From contig NZ_OZ007001.1 of the NCBI RefSeq assembly GCF_963931295.1, positions 1,551,137-1,615,136 on the forward strand: DNA of 64,000 nucleotides, in the 5' to 3' direction. A model generated the notes under the pieces. It had not been told where the DNA came from. It did no database searches and saw only the letters and a list, made by a program, of their open reading frames with translations. Source of the DNA: an uncultured Mailhella sp. GTDB lineage: Bacteria > Desulfobacterota > Desulfovibrionia > Desulfovibrionales > Desulfovibrionaceae. The translations under genes and the position numbers were made by a program. Positions 27,191 to 38,231 of this stretch are shown here, piece after piece. Position 1 is the stretch's first letter. Every line of letters starts with the position of its first letter.

Positions 27191-28510
27191 ATGTCCATTT
27201 TTGAGAAGAACCAGGCGCTGGCGACCCTCTTTGAACAGCACAAGGCCCGCCTGTGCGAAGAAGAAGGACTGACGGAAGAAGAAATCCGTTCCGCCATCGA
27301 AGCAGGCACCATGGTGCTGCTGGGCAACCCCAACCACAAGGACGTTCGTCCCATTCTGGTAGGTCAGCCCTCCAGAGTGAAGGTCAACGCCAACATCGGC
27401 ACCTCTCCCTTCCACTGCAGCGTGAAGGGCGAAATGCGCAAGCTCAAGATAGCCCTGGACGCCGGAGCCGACACCGTCATGGATCTGTCCATTGCGGGCG
27501 ATCTCGACGACATCCGCCGTCAGATGCTGGAAGCCTGCCCCGCGCCTCTCGGCACGGTTCCCATGTACGGCGTGGCCCAGATCTACATCGACCGCGGCGA
27601 AGACCCGGCCACCATTGATCCCGAAGTCATCTTCGCGGACGTGGAAAAGCAGGCCGAACAGGGCGTGGACTTCATGACCCTGCACTGCGGCCTCACCCGT
27701 CAGGGCGCGGAATGGGGCGCCAAGGGCGGCCGCGTTCTGGGCATCGTGTCCCGCGGCGGCAGCATTCTCTCCCGCTGGATGCTGCGCAACGACAAGGAAA
27801 ATCCCCTGCTCACCGACTTCGACCGTCTGCTCGACATCGCGCTGCGCTACAACGTCACGCTGTCTCTCGGCGACGGCCTGCGCCCCGGAGCGAACAGCGA
27901 TTCCGGCGACGCCGCCCAGTGGATGGAAGTCATCATGCTCGGCCAGCTGGCCAGGCGCGGTCTGGAAAAGGGCGTGCAGTGCATGATCGAAGGCCCCGGC
28001 CACGTGAGCCTGAACGAAGTGGAAGCGCAGATTCTCAGCATCAAGAAGCTCACCCACGGCGCGCCTCTCTACGTGCTCGGACCGCTCGTGACCGACACCA
28101 CGCCCGGCTACGATCACATTGCCGGAGCCATCGGCGGCGCGCTTGCCGTGAAGGCCGGCGTGGACTTCCTCTGCTACCTCACGCCCGCCGAGCACCTCAC
28201 CCTGCCCGACGAAGACGACGTGAAGCAGGGCGTGATGGCCTCCCGCGTGGCGGCGCAGGCCGGTGAAAACGCGCTAGGCACGCCCCGCGCCAGGGCCCGC
28301 GAAGCCAAGATGTCCAAGGCCCGCATGGAACTCGACTGGGACGCCATGCGCGAAGCCGCCATTGATCCGGAACTCATGGACAAGCGCCGCGAACCGCACA
28401 AGAATGAAGAAGCCTGCGCCATGTGCGGCAACTTCTGCGCCGTGCGCATGATGCGCGAAGGCAATCCCGCGGCTCAGGTGCCCAGCCACTGCCAGCACCA
28501 TCGCAAGTAA
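27191..28510 (+). CDS. thiC: Phosphomethylpyrimidine synthase ThiC (BzaA/B/F paralogs not excluded)
   Basis: KVNANIGTS, DTVMDLS, GIVSRGGS, SLGDGLRPG, MIEGPGH, LCYLTPAEHL, CAMCGNFC cluster motif. Confidence 0.85.
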   Translation: MSIFEKNQALATLFEQHKARLCEEEGLTEEEIRSAIEAGTMVLLGNPNHKDVRPILVGQPSRVKVNANIGTSPFHCSVKGEMRKLKIALDAGADTVMDLSIAGDLDDIRRQMLEACPAPLGTVPMYGVAQIYIDRGEDPATIDPEVIFADVEKQAEQGVDFMTLHCGLTRQGAEWGAKGGRVLGIVSRGGSILSRWMLRNDKENPLLTDFDRLLDIALRYNVTLSLGDGLRPGANSDSGDAAQWMEVIMLGQLARRGLEKGVQCMIEGPGHVSLNEVEAQILSIKKLTHGAPLYVLGPLVTDTTPGYDHIAGAIGGALAVKAGVDFLCYLTPAEHLTLPDEDDVKQGVMASRVAAQAGENALGTPRARAREAKMSKARMELDWDAMREAAIDPELMDKRREPHKNEEACAMCGNFCAVRMMREGNPAAQVPSHCQHHRK

Positions 28511-28607
28511 TCTCATCACTGCGCGGGCGTCTCAGGCGTCCGCGCCGCTCTTTTTCCGGAAAGGCCGCATCTTGCCGATGCGGCCTTTCTGCCTGCGGAC
28601 TGAAACC

Positions 28608-29222
28608 ATGCGCACAACGGCTGTTCTTCTCACGATACTGCTGATGCTGCCTTCCCTTGCTCTCGGTGCGGCTCCGCGCCACGCCGCGCCGCTGAGCGCG
28701 CGCCAGGCATTTGCCCTCATTCCCACCGAAATATTTGAAAATACGCGCGCGCCTCTGACCGAAGACGAAAGGGAGCTGCTGGCCGATCAGGGCGTGAACG
28801 CCCACTGGAGCATTGCCGAAGACAGCCCGGACGCCCTGCGCTTCTCCTCCGCGGACGGCTTTCCCGACGTGTGCCTGCGCCTGTTCCGCTCCGAACGCGG
28901 AGCCGTGGCGGCCTTCCGCACCGAAGACGACGACGGCGTGTGCATTTCCGAACTGTGGTACATCAGCGCCAAAGGCCACGCCGCGCCCCTGCCGCTGCCC
29001 CCGGAGCCTCCCGTCGATGACTTTTTCCGGCCCGAGCGCGACCTGCCGGGGCGTCTTTCCTCAAGCTGCACCTACTGCGTGTTCGACAGTGGCCTCGAAG
29101 TGCTGCCCTCCTTCGCCTCCGACGGCGTGCCCTGCGCGCTCAACCCGGACAACGCCGTGTATTACCTCTGGAACGGCCGAACCTTCGTCAAAAAAGTAAA
29201 GAAAATAAACAAGCAGCAGTGA
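28608..29222 (+). CDS. Hypothetical secreted protein
   Basis: Signal peptide MRTTAVLLTILLMLPSLALG-A; 204 aa; C-terminal YYLWNGRTFVK. Confidence 0.6.
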   Translation: MRTTAVLLTILLMLPSLALGAAPRHAAPLSARQAFALIPTEIFENTRAPLTEDERELLADQGVNAHWSIAEDSPDALRFSSADGFPDVCLRLFRSERGAVAAFRTEDDDGVCISELWYISAKGHAAPLPLPPEPPVDDFFRPERDLPGRLSSSCTYCVFDSGLEVLPSFASDGVPCALNPDNAVYYLWNGRTFVKKVKKINKQQ

Positions 29223-29265
29223 AGTCCGGGCGCGCCTCTGCCGGAATTTCCCGGAAGACGCGCAC

Positions 29266-29301
29266 AAAAAAAGGGCGGCCGAAGCCGCCCCGTCCTTTTT
29301 T
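29266..29301. terminator. Terminator between convergent secreted-protein gene and argB
   Basis: A7-GGGCGGC-CGAA-GCCGCCC hairpin. Confidence 0.7.
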
Positions 29302-29314
29302 GCGGACGCCCCTG

Positions 29315-30217
29315 CTACTTCACGATTTCGGTGCCGATGCCCTGATCGGTGAGCAGTTCCAGAAGCAGACAGTTTTCCACGCGGCCGTCCACGATGGTCA
29401 CCTTGTCCACGCCCCTGGCCAGCGCGTCGAGGCAGCAGTTGATCTTGGGAATCATGCCGCCGCTCAGGGTGCCGTCTTCCAGCAGACGATGCGCGTCGGC
29501 CGTGTCGATGTGCTCGATGAGCTTTCCTTCCTTGTCCAGAATGCCGGCCACGTCGGTGAGCATGAGCAGGCGGCGGGCCTTGAGCGCGCCGGCCACGGCT
29601 CCGGCCACGGAGTCCGCGTTGATGTTGTAGGTGTTGCCCTCGGAATCCACGCCCACGGGCGCGATGACGGGCACGAATTCATCCTTGATGAGCGAGCGCA
29701 GAAGCTGCACGTTGACGGCCGTCACTTCGCCCACGTTGCCGAGATCGATGATTTCCGGCGGCTGCTGTTCGCCGTGGCTGATGGTCATGGCGAGCTTGCG
29801 GGCCTCAAGCAGCATGCCGTCCTTGCCGGAAAGGCCCACGGCTCTTGCGCCCGTCTTGTTGATGAGGTTCACCACGCTCTTGTTCACGGAGCCGACCAGC
29901 ACCATTTCCACCACGTCCATGGTGGCCTTGTCGGTCACGCGGTGCCCCTGCCGAAATTCCGACTTGATCTCCAGCTTGCTCAGCATTTCATTGATCTGCG
30001 GGCCGCCGCCGTGAACCACCACGGGATGAATGCCCACCAGCTTGAGCAGACTTATGTTGCGGGCGAAGGCCAGCTTGAGGCTCTCTTCGGTCATGGCGTG
30101 GCCGCCGTATTTGATGACCACGGTTTCTCCATGATATTCGCGCAGATACGGAAGGCTCTCAATGAGCACCTTCGACTGCAGGCGGGCCTGTTCCACGGGA
30201 TCGGCAAAAACGGCCAT
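29315..30217 (-). CDS. argB: Acetylglutamate kinase
   Basis: [33 protein letters not shown]. Confidence 0.97.
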   Translation of the reverse strand: MAVFADPVEQARLQSKVLIESLPYLREYHGETVVIKYGGHAMTEESLKLAFARNISLLKLVGIHPVVVHGGGPQINEMLSKLEIKSEFRQGHRVTDKATMDVVEMVLVGSVNKSVVNLINKTGARAVGLSGKDGMLLEARKLAMTISHGEQQPPEIIDLGNVGEVTAVNVQLLRSLIKDEFVPVIAPVGVDSEGNTYNINADSVAGAVAGALKARRLLMLTDVAGILDKEGKLIEHIDTADAHRLLEDGTLSGGMIPKINCCLDALARGVDKVTIVDGRVENCLLLELLTDQGIGTEIVK

Positions 30218-30441
30218 ATGTGCTCCTTGCGCCGGGAATCGCCCGGACTTCGTGTTTTTTCCGCATAGTCCCCGCATTCGTGGCGAATGTCCAGCCCTTT
30301 CCCCACGCGGCGCAACGAAAAAAGTATGCCCGCCGAAGACGGCATCCGCCGCTTAAACCATTGCGTAAAAAGGCGCAACAGGTTAAGAAGGTGTGGTCAA
30401 TGACGCGGACATCCTTCCGCAAAATCAATTCTGGAGAATCT

Positions 30442-30807
30442 ATGTTCACTTCCATTGCCTACGCCGCCGGCAACGCGGGCGGCGCCGCTCAGAGCGGCCC
30501 CATGGGAGCCGTCGCCTCTTTCGTTCCCCTCATCCTCATGTTCGCCGTGTTCTACTTCCTGCTGATCCGTCCTCAGCAGAAGCGCAACAAGGAACACAAG
30601 GCCATGCTTGAATCCCTGGGCAAGGGCTCCTACGTCATCACCTCCGGCGGCCTGCTCGGACGCATCGTCGACCTGGAAGGCGACATCCTCGTCATCGATC
30701 TCGGCGAAACCAAGGTCCGCATGCCCCGCGGCTTCGTGAGCGGCACCTACGATCCCAAGGCCGTGAACAAGACCGCCGAAGCGGCCGCTCCCGCCGAAAA
30801 CAAGTAA
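30442..30807 (+). CDS. yajC: Preprotein translocase subunit YajC
   Basis: FYFLLIRPQQKR, VITSGGLLG; directly upstream of secD. Confidence 0.95.
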   Translation: MFTSIAYAAGNAGGAAQSGPMGAVASFVPLILMFAVFYFLLIRPQQKRNKEHKAMLESLGKGSYVITSGGLLGRIVDLEGDILVIDLGETKVRMPRGFVSGTYDPKAVNKTAEAAAPAENK

Positions 30808-30924
30808 GGCCCGTTCCTTCGAGTCTTCCGACTCCACGCCCCTCCTTCCGGGGAGGCGTGGAGCTTTGTGCTATTCATTCACTAAGGTCTTCCGACCTTG
30901 TCATCGTGTTTCAAGGATACAACC

Positions 30925-32505
30925 ATGAAAGCTCTGCGTTTGCGCCTGGCCGTCTCCCTCATCGTGCTGCTCGTGGTGCTTGCGTACGCCCTGCCCAACA
31001 TTCCCGCCATCGGCAACTCCCCTCTGGGCGCGTTCATGCAGGACCGCATCAGTCTCGGCCTGGACCTCAAGGGCGGCATGAATCTCACCCTGGGCGTGGA
31101 TGTGGAAAAGGCCGTGCAGAATACGCTGTCCGTCAACGGACAGGACATCCGCGACCGCGCCGAACAGGAAAAAATCACCGTCATGAAGCCCCGGCTCAAC
31201 GCCGACGGCCTTCTCGAAGTCACGCTGCCCCGCGCCGATCAGGCCGGAGCCTTCGAGTCCATGATGGGCAAGTGGTTCCCCAATCTGCAGCAGGTCAGCT
31301 CCGACACTTCCGCCGCTGGCCGCGTCTATGTCTTTGAACTCTCTCCCGCCGCCCGCAAGCAGACGGAAGACATGACCATGGAACAGGTCGTGCGCACCAT
31401 ACGCAACCGCATCGACCAGTTCGGCGTGGCCGAACCCGACATCCGCAAGCAGTCGGACAATCAGGTGCAGGTGCAGCTGCCCGGCATGACCGACGCCGAA
31501 CGCGCCATCCAGATCATCGGCCAGACCGCCCATCTGGAATTCCACATCGTGCGCGACGACGTGGATCCCACGTCCATCATGCTGCCCGCCGGCACGGCCC
31601 GCTATCCGCTCATCGTGAAGGGTCAGTACGGTTCGCAGACCGAGAGCACCATCATCCTCGACACCGAAGCCCTCATGGGCGGCGAGGACATCACCAACGC
31701 CCGCCCCGCCTTCAACGAATTCGGCCAGTCCTACGTGGCCCTGGAATTCAACAACCGCGGTGCCAGCAACTTTGAACGCATCACCGGCGAACACATCAAG
31801 AAGCGCATGGCCATCGTGCTCGACGGCAAGGTCTATTCCGCGCCCGTCATTCAGGACCGCATCGCCGGCGGCAAGGCCTCCATCACCGGCAACTTCACCA
31901 CCGAAGAGGCGCAGGATCTCGCCATCGTGCTGCGCGCAGGCTCCCTGCCCACCCCCGTGTCCGTGCTCGAAGAGCGCACCGTGGGCCCCTCCCTCGGCAA
32001 GGAATCCATCAACAGCGGCATCAAGGCCTCCCTCGTGGGCGCGGCCGCCGTGGTGCTCGTCATGCCCCTCTACTACGGGCTCTCCGGCCTCATCGCCGAC
32101 GTCATGCTCTGCTTCACCATCACCATTCTGCTCGCCGGCATGACCCTCTTCGGCGCCACCCTCACCCTGCCCGGCATTGCGGGCATCGTGCTCACCATCG
32201 GCATGTCGGTGGACGCCAACGTGCTCATCTTCGAGCGCATCAGAGAAGAGCTCAAGGCGGGCATGTCCGCCATGGAAGCCGTCAGGGCCGGTTTCAGCCG
32301 GGCCAGCATCTCCATCATCGACTCGAACCTGACTACGCTCATCACCGCGGCCATTCTGTACCAGTTCGGCACGGGCCCCGTCCGCGGCTTCGCCGTCACG
32401 CTGTCGCTGGGCATTCTGGCCTCCATGTTCACGGCCGTGTTCGTTTCCCGCGCCGTGTTTGAATCGTGGGTCGCCCGCTCCGCCAGTCAGAAAATCAGCA
32501 TTTAG
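30925..32505 (+). CDS. secD: Protein translocase subunit SecD
   Basis: LGLDLKGG, RNRIDQFGVAEP, RTVGPSLG, GMSVDANVLIFERIRE. Confidence 0.97.
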   Translation: MKALRLRLAVSLIVLLVVLAYALPNIPAIGNSPLGAFMQDRISLGLDLKGGMNLTLGVDVEKAVQNTLSVNGQDIRDRAEQEKITVMKPRLNADGLLEVTLPRADQAGAFESMMGKWFPNLQQVSSDTSAAGRVYVFELSPAARKQTEDMTMEQVVRTIRNRIDQFGVAEPDIRKQSDNQVQVQLPGMTDAERAIQIIGQTAHLEFHIVRDDVDPTSIMLPAGTARYPLIVKGQYGSQTESTIILDTEALMGGEDITNARPAFNEFGQSYVALEFNNRGASNFERITGEHIKKRMAIVLDGKVYSAPVIQDRIAGGKASITGNFTTEEAQDLAIVLRAGSLPTPVSVLEERTVGPSLGKESINSGIKASLVGAAAVVLVMPLYYGLSGLIADVMLCFTITILLAGMTLFGATLTLPGIAGIVLTIGMSVDANVLIFERIREELKAGMSAMEAVRAGFSRASISIIDSNLTTLITAAILYQFGTGPVRGFAVTLSLGILASMFTAVFVSRAVFESWVARSASQKISI

Positions 32506-32523
32506 GACAAAGAGGTCCGTTCC

Positions 32524-33639
32524 ATGGCATTCGCACTTCTTTCCCGTCAGACCAACATCGACTTTGTCGGCTTCCGCCGCATAGCCTACAGCATCTCCGG
32601 CTTCTTCATCATTCTCGGCCTGATCGCCATCTTCTGGAACGGCGGTCTGCGCTACGGCGTGGACTTCGCCGGCGGCGTCATGGTGCAGATTGAATTCGCC
32701 CAGCCCATTCCCGACGAACAGGTGAAAACCGCCCTGAAGGACGTCGATCTGCCCGGCCTCACCGTGCAGCAGGTCGATACCGAAGACCGCGACTATCTGC
32801 TGCGCTTCTCCATGCCCACGGCGGAAAATCAGGATCTGCGCGAGCAGGTGTCCTCCGCGCTGAAGTCCAGCATTCCCGACAACCCCTCCACCATCCAGCG
32901 CCTGGAATCCGTGGGCCCCAAGGTGGGCAACGATCTGCGCAACATGGCCATCGAAGCACTGTTCTACGCCGTGCTGCTCATCACCGTGTACATCTCCGGC
33001 CGCTTTGAATACAGCTGGTTCATGGCCGGAGCCATGGCCATCGTGCTCTGCGCCGCCGTGTACGGCGCTTCCTACCTCGACTTCAACCGGCTGTGGGGCG
33101 TGGCCATCGGCATGATCATCACGCTTCTCTGCTGCTGGAAGCTCAAGCTCAACTTTGCCCTGGGCGCCATTCTGGCCCTCATTCACGACGTGATCGTCAC
33201 GCTCGGCCTGCTCACCCTGCTCGGCGTGGAAATAGACCTCAACGTCATTGCGGCTCTGCTCACCCTCGTGGGCTACTCCATCAACGACACCATCGTCGTG
33301 TACGACCGCATCCGTGAAAACCTGCGCGCCGTGCCCGCAGACGCCCATCCGAAGCCCACCATGGGGCAGATCATCAACAAGTCCGTGAACCAGACGCTCT
33401 CGCGCACCATCATGACCTCCGCCACCACGCTGGTGGCCAGCCTGGCCCTGTACCTGCTCGGCGGCAACGTCATTCACGACTTCGCCCTGACCATCACGCT
33501 CGGCATCGTGTTCGGCACATTCTCCTCCATCTTCGTGGCCTCGCCCATCCTCATCGCCTTCGGCGACGTGGATCTCTACCACTCCAAGACGAAGCAGAAG
33601 GACGACTACGAACGCCCCGGCGAACACGGCATCGTGTAG
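32524..33639 (+). CDS. secF: Protein translocase subunit SecF
   Basis: GVDFAGG, VGPKVG, GYSINDTIVVYDRIRE, TLSRTIMTS. Confidence 0.97.
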   Translation: MAFALLSRQTNIDFVGFRRIAYSISGFFIILGLIAIFWNGGLRYGVDFAGGVMVQIEFAQPIPDEQVKTALKDVDLPGLTVQQVDTEDRDYLLRFSMPTAENQDLREQVSSALKSSIPDNPSTIQRLESVGPKVGNDLRNMAIEALFYAVLLITVYISGRFEYSWFMAGAMAIVLCAAVYGASYLDFNRLWGVAIGMIITLLCCWKLKLNFALGAILALIHDVIVTLGLLTLLGVEIDLNVIAALLTLVGYSINDTIVVYDRIRENLRAVPADAHPKPTMGQIINKSVNQTLSRTIMTSATTLVASLALYLLGGNVIHDFALTITLGIVFGTFSSIFVASPILIAFGDVDLYHSKTKQKDDYERPGEHGIV

Positions 33640-33664
33640 CGCCGCCGCGCCCGCAGCGCTTTTT

Positions 33665-33699
33665 CCTCCGCTTTCCTCCGGGAAGGCGGAGGATTTTTT
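33665..33699 (+). terminator. Terminator after secF
   Basis: CCTCCGCTTTCC / GGAAGGCGGAGG stem plus T-tract. Confidence 0.7.
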
Positions 33700-34117
33700 A
33701 TGCCGAAACTGCAGGGGGAAAACGAACGCGAGAGACTCCGGCCGACGGGATGCGCCGTCTTCCGCGCGACCTCCGGCCACCCGCAGCCAGCCTGAACGCC
33801 CGCGTATCGAGGTGCGCCGTCAAGGCTGCAACGTCGCGCGTGGACCTCGACTCTGAACTTCTGCCGCTCCTCGCTCCTCCGCCGCGCCGCCCCCCTCGCC
33901 GCCCGACGCTCCACGTCTCCCAAGCCTCGCGGCGTTCTCGATCACGAGTCGCGGCTGTTCCTTCCTGCGCCTTGCCCGCCGGGCCGCTCCGCCTTCTGAG
34001 CGTGCGCACGCGCGCCGCAACTTCCCTCTCTTTCGCCCCTAAAAAACACAACATCGCAGGCGCAAAAAAAGAGCGGCCTCCGTGGGGAAGCCGCCCTTTC
34101 ATTCGCGTTTGCCGCAA

Positions 34118-35266
34118 TCAGTCGAGATACTCGGTCAGATCGCTGCGCAGAATGTGATCCAGTTCCGCACGGTCGGAAGCCAGCGTCTCAGTGAACAGGA
34201 AGCCGAACACCGGACCGGCATGATAGTCGATGGGACGCAGTTCCATCACGTTGCGGAAGGAGGCGCGGAGCCTGTCGTAGTTGAACACGTCGGAAGGCTT
34301 GAGGCTCGCCGGCGGATTCAGCACGATGAAGGAATAGATCTTGTCTTCCTTGCCCTTCAGCAGGCTGTCCCAGTCGGGACGAACGTTCCGCAGGAAATAG
34401 TCGTAGGTGCGGAAGCCGTAGGCGTGCAGAGAAAGATCGGTGAGGCACCAGCCCGCAAAGCGCAGCGGATTGGCCTCGATGGGGATGATGCGGCCGTTGT
34501 CCACACGCAATTCCAGATGAATGGGCAGATTGCGCGCGCCCATTTCCTCATTCATGCGGTTGAAGAACTCAGTGAACGGCTCAAGATGCTCACGGATGAT
34601 GGACGCGCCGGAGCAGTACAGTCTGTCGCTCACGTCGTCCGCCGAAGCGAATTCGTGATGGAAGATGTTCACGATGACGGCCCGGCCTTCGTCGTCGTAG
34701 TAGAAATCGACCGCGTATTCCTCGCCGCCGATGTACTGCTCAAGGATAAAACGGCTGCTCGCCACCACGCTTTCATCGTAGTGCTTCTTCCAGTCGTCGG
34801 AGTGCAGACGGATGTCTTCCAGCGCCTTCTTCCAGTCGTCCTCGCTGAAGATGGTGTACACGCCCACGCTGAAAAAGCCCACGGAAGGCTTGAGGATGAA
34901 GGGCGTCTTCAGTTCGCTGAAGTCGATCTTGTCGAGATCGGCCGTCTCGACTTCGCGGAACATGAAATCGGGATAGATTTTCGCGAGCATGCGGCGGAAG
35001 GCAGCCTTGTCCTTGCACAGGGCTATGCCCTTCTGCAGCCCTTTGTCGGGCGAATGCTTCAGCACCCACGAAAGGGAATTTTCGCAGGTGGTGTAGATGC
35101 GGTCGCCCTGCGCGAGCAGCGCGTCGGCCTCTTCGTCGGAAACGAGACGGAACGCCCCTTCGGGCGCGGCGGCCAGCGCGGCTTCGTTGCGGAGCACGGG
35201 CGTGCGGCTTTCAACAAGATAATCCCGAAGTTCCCGGGACACGTACTGTTTGTCAAGAATGATCAT
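34118..35266 (-). CDS. ATP-grasp domain protein (carboxylate-amine ligase-like), function unknown
   Basis: [46 protein letters not shown]. Confidence 0.8.
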   Translation of the reverse strand: MIILDKQYVSRELRDYLVESRTPVLRNEAALAAAPEGAFRLVSDEEADALLAQGDRIYTTCENSLSWVLKHSPDKGLQKGIALCKDKAAFRRMLAKIYPDFMFREVETADLDKIDFSELKTPFILKPSVGFFSVGVYTIFSEDDWKKALEDIRLHSDDWKKHYDESVVASSRFILEQYIGGEEYAVDFYYDDEGRAVIVNIFHHEFASADDVSDRLYCSGASIIREHLEPFTEFFNRMNEEMGARNLPIHLELRVDNGRIIPIEANPLRFAGWCLTDLSLHAYGFRTYDYFLRNVRPDWDSLLKGKEDKIYSFIVLNPPASLKPSDVFNYDRLRASFRNVMELRPIDYHAGPVFGFLFTETLASDRAELDHILRSDLTEYLD

Positions 35267-35273
35267 GCAGTCC

Positions 35274-36245
35274 TCACAGGGGGAAGTGGCAGCGCACGGC
35301 ATGCCCTTGGTTGACGGCAACAAGCGGAGGCTCTTCTTCCCGGCACTGCGGTCTTGCGTGCGGGCAGCGGGGATGGAAGGCGCATCCGGCAGGCGGAGAA
35401 AGCGGACTCGGCATTTCTCCGGAAAGAATCGCGCCCCGGCCGCGGCGGGACGGATCCCGCGACGGCGCGGCGGCCATGAGCGCTTCCGTGTAGGGATGCG
35501 CGGCATGGGAAAAAAGTTCGTCGCAGGAAGCCATTTCCACAAGACGCCCGAGGTACATGACGGCCACACGGTCGCTCATGAAGCCGATGACGCCGAGGTC
35601 GTGGGAAATGAACAGGTAGCCGAGGCCCATGTTCTGCTGCATGTCCTTCAAAAGATTCAGCACCTGCGCCTGCACCGAAGCGTCAAGGGCGGAAACGGGC
35701 TCGTCGCACACCACCGCGCCGGGCCGCGCCACAATGGCTCTGGCCACGGCCACGCGCTGACGCTGTCCGCCGGAAAACTCGTGCGGATACCTGTCGATGT
35801 GCTCGGGCTGAAGCCCCACATGCACAAGAATCTCCTGCACCTTTTCCCGCCATTCGGCCCGCGACAGCGGCCGTCCGGCGGCCTGCGCGGCGAGGCGCAG
35901 CGGTTCGGCAATGCTGGATCCCACGCTCTGGCGCGGATCGAGCGAGGAAAACGGATCCTGAAAGATCATCTGAATGCGGCTTGCGCGCTCAAGAGGCGAC
36001 CACGCTCCGATGGGCCGCCCCGAAAGCAGAACCTCGCCGGAAGAGGGCGAAAGCAGCCCCACGGCCATGCGGGCGAGCGTGGACTTGCCGCAGCCCGATT
36101 CTCCCACAAGCCCCAGAGTTTCTCCGGCGGAAAGCTGGAAGCTTACCTCGTTCACGGCCTTCACGCTTGCCGGACGGGGATCGAAAAAGCCCCGCCGCAC
36201 GGCAAATTCCCGGCTCACCCGTTTCAGTTCCAGCAACGCATCCAT
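35274..36245 (-). CDS. Oligopeptide/dipeptide ABC transporter ATP-binding protein (OppF/DppF-like)
   Basis: [42 protein letters not shown]-terminal GCAFHPRCP. Confidence 0.93.
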   Translation of the reverse strand: MDALLELKRVSREFAVRRGFFDPRPASVKAVNEVSFQLSAGETLGLVGESGCGKSTLARMAVGLLSPSSGEVLLSGRPIGAWSPLERASRIQMIFQDPFSSLDPRQSVGSSIAEPLRLAAQAAGRPLSRAEWREKVQEILVHVGLQPEHIDRYPHEFSGGQRQRVAVARAIVARPGAVVCDEPVSALDASVQAQVLNLLKDMQQNMGLGYLFISHDLGVIGFMSDRVAVMYLGRLVEMASCDELFSHAAHPYTEALMAAAPSRDPSRRGRGAILSGEMPSPLSPPAGCAFHPRCPHARPQCREEEPPLVAVNQGHAVRCHFPL

Positions 36246-36521
36246 AGAAGTTCCCGCATAGTTCCTGTTCGTCGAGGGGCGAAAGTTCCGCCCGGGCGAC
36301 ATCCTATCTTAGCCTTCCCCGTGCCGCAAGGGGATAAAATCTCTGGACATGGAGCCGTTCCGGCTTTAAGTAGGGAGGAAGGAGAGGAACCGCTGAGACA
36401 TTCGAGCTTCATGCCGACAAGCCGACCGCCGCTGCGGTCATGTCCACGCGGCTCCTTTTGCATTCCAGGCTCCACACTCATTCATGGACAGCAAATCCCA
36501 ATACTCAGGGAGTTACTTCCT

Positions 36522-38132
36522 ATGTTTCACCGCATGATTTTTTCTTTCTGCCTGCTTGCGGCTCTTTTTGCGGCTCCTCTTTCCGCCGGCGCCGCGGCGC
36601 CCTTCGCCTTTGCCGACGTGCAGGCCAAGGCGCAGGATCTGGCCGGAACAAAGTACGTTCCCACCACTCCCGTGCCGGAATTTCTCACCAAGCTCAATTA
36701 CGGCGAATGGAGCGGCATCCGCTACCTGCCGGAAAAGGCGCTCTGGGCCGAGGATAATCTGCCCTTCACGGTGCAGTTCTTCCACCCCGGACTGTACTAC
36801 GACAGAACGGTGCGCGTACACATCGTCAACGACGAAGGCGTGGAAGACGTGGCCTTTGATCCTTCGCTGTTCCAGTACGGCAGCGAAGACCTGGCCAGGC
36901 AGGTCGCCCAGACCAAGGACATGAACTTCGCCGGATTCCGTCTGCATTATCCGCTGAACAAGCCCGAATACAAGGACGAAGTGGCCATTTTCCTCGGCGC
37001 GTCCTACTTCCGCGCGCTGGCTGCGGATACGCACTACGGCATCTATTCCCGCGGCCTCGCCCTGGACACCGCCACGGCGCAGGGCGAAGAGTTCCCCTAC
37101 TTCAAGGAATTCTGGATCGTGAAGCCCGCCGCCGACGCCAGGGACATCACCATCTACGCGCTCATGGACAGTGAAAGCATGGCCGGAGCCTACCGCTTCA
37201 TCATCACGCCCGGATCTCCCACGGTCATGGACGTGAAATGCGCGCTCTTCACCCGCAAGGGAGCCAAAAACTTTCAGAAAATCGGCCTTGCTCCCCTCAC
37301 GAGCATGTTCTTCTACGGTGAAGAGAAAAACGGCCGTCCCGGCGACTACCGGCCCGAAGTCCACAATTCCGACGGCCTGCTCTTCGTGAACGGCGACAAG
37401 CACTGGTTCTGGAGCCCGCTCGCCAACTTCAAGCGCCTCAGCGTGAACACCTTCCCGCTTCAGAATCCGCGCGGCTTCGGCCTTCTGCAGCGCGACAGCG
37501 ACTTCAAGAGCTATCAGGACATCGAAGCCGCCTATGAACGCCGTCCCTCCCTGTGGGTGGAACCCCTGGGCGACTGGGGCCCCGGCACGCTGAACCTGGT
37601 GGAAATTCCCACGGAAGACGAAATGCACGACAACATCGTGGCCTTCTGGACGCCCGACAAGCCCCGCGACAAAAACAATCCCGATCAGCCGGAAGCGGAA
37701 CTGCGCTATCCAGACACGCAGATGTACAGCTGGAAGCTCTACTGGATGCAGCCCCAGACCCAGCAGCACGACCGCGGACAGGTCACCTCCACCCGCGTTT
37801 CCCGCAACGGCGACACCATGACCTTCCATGTGGACTTCGCCGGCGGCGAACTGGCCACGCTCCCTGCGGATACCGGCCTTTCGAGCATCGTGGAAACGCC
37901 CGAGCCCATTCCGCTGCTGGAAAAGAAACTGCTGCGCAATCCGGCCACGGGCGGCTGGCGGCTCACCTTCACCGTGCGTCTGCCCAAGGAAGAAGGCGTC
38001 ATTCAGAGCCTCATGGCCGCACGCAAGGGGCCCGTCACGCTGCGCTTCCGCGCCCTGCTCAAGAAGGGCGAAAACCTGCCCGATCCTCTGACCGAAACCT
38101 GGATCTACGACTGGCAGCTGCAGCAGCAGTAA
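36522..38132 (+). CDS. opgG: Glucan biosynthesis protein G (OpgG/MdoG family)
   Basis: Signal peptide; FLGASYFRA, SRGLALDT, EEFPYF, PEVHNSDGL, DNIVAFW; upstream of opgH. Confidence 0.9.
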   Translation: MFHRMIFSFCLLAALFAAPLSAGAAAPFAFADVQAKAQDLAGTKYVPTTPVPEFLTKLNYGEWSGIRYLPEKALWAEDNLPFTVQFFHPGLYYDRTVRVHIVNDEGVEDVAFDPSLFQYGSEDLARQVAQTKDMNFAGFRLHYPLNKPEYKDEVAIFLGASYFRALAADTHYGIYSRGLALDTATAQGEEFPYFKEFWIVKPAADARDITIYALMDSESMAGAYRFIITPGSPTVMDVKCALFTRKGAKNFQKIGLAPLTSMFFYGEEKNGRPGDYRPEVHNSDGLLFVNGDKHWFWSPLANFKRLSVNTFPLQNPRGFGLLQRDSDFKSYQDIEAAYERRPSLWVEPLGDWGPGTLNLVEIPTEDEMHDNIVAFWTPDKPRDKNNPDQPEAELRYPDTQMYSWKLYWMQPQTQQHDRGQVTSTRVSRNGDTMTFHVDFAGGELATLPADTGLSSIVETPEPIPLLEKKLLRNPATGGWRLTFTVRLPKEEGVIQSLMAARKGPVTLRFRALLKKGENLPDPLTETWIYDWQLQQQ

Positions 38133-38231
38133 GCCGCCTCTGCCGGAACGCGCCCGTTCCCGGAGCGCCGAACGCAGGGAGAAAATTTTCCTGCCGCCCT
38201 GCCTCCGTCAACCTCTTCAAAAGGTCTTCGC

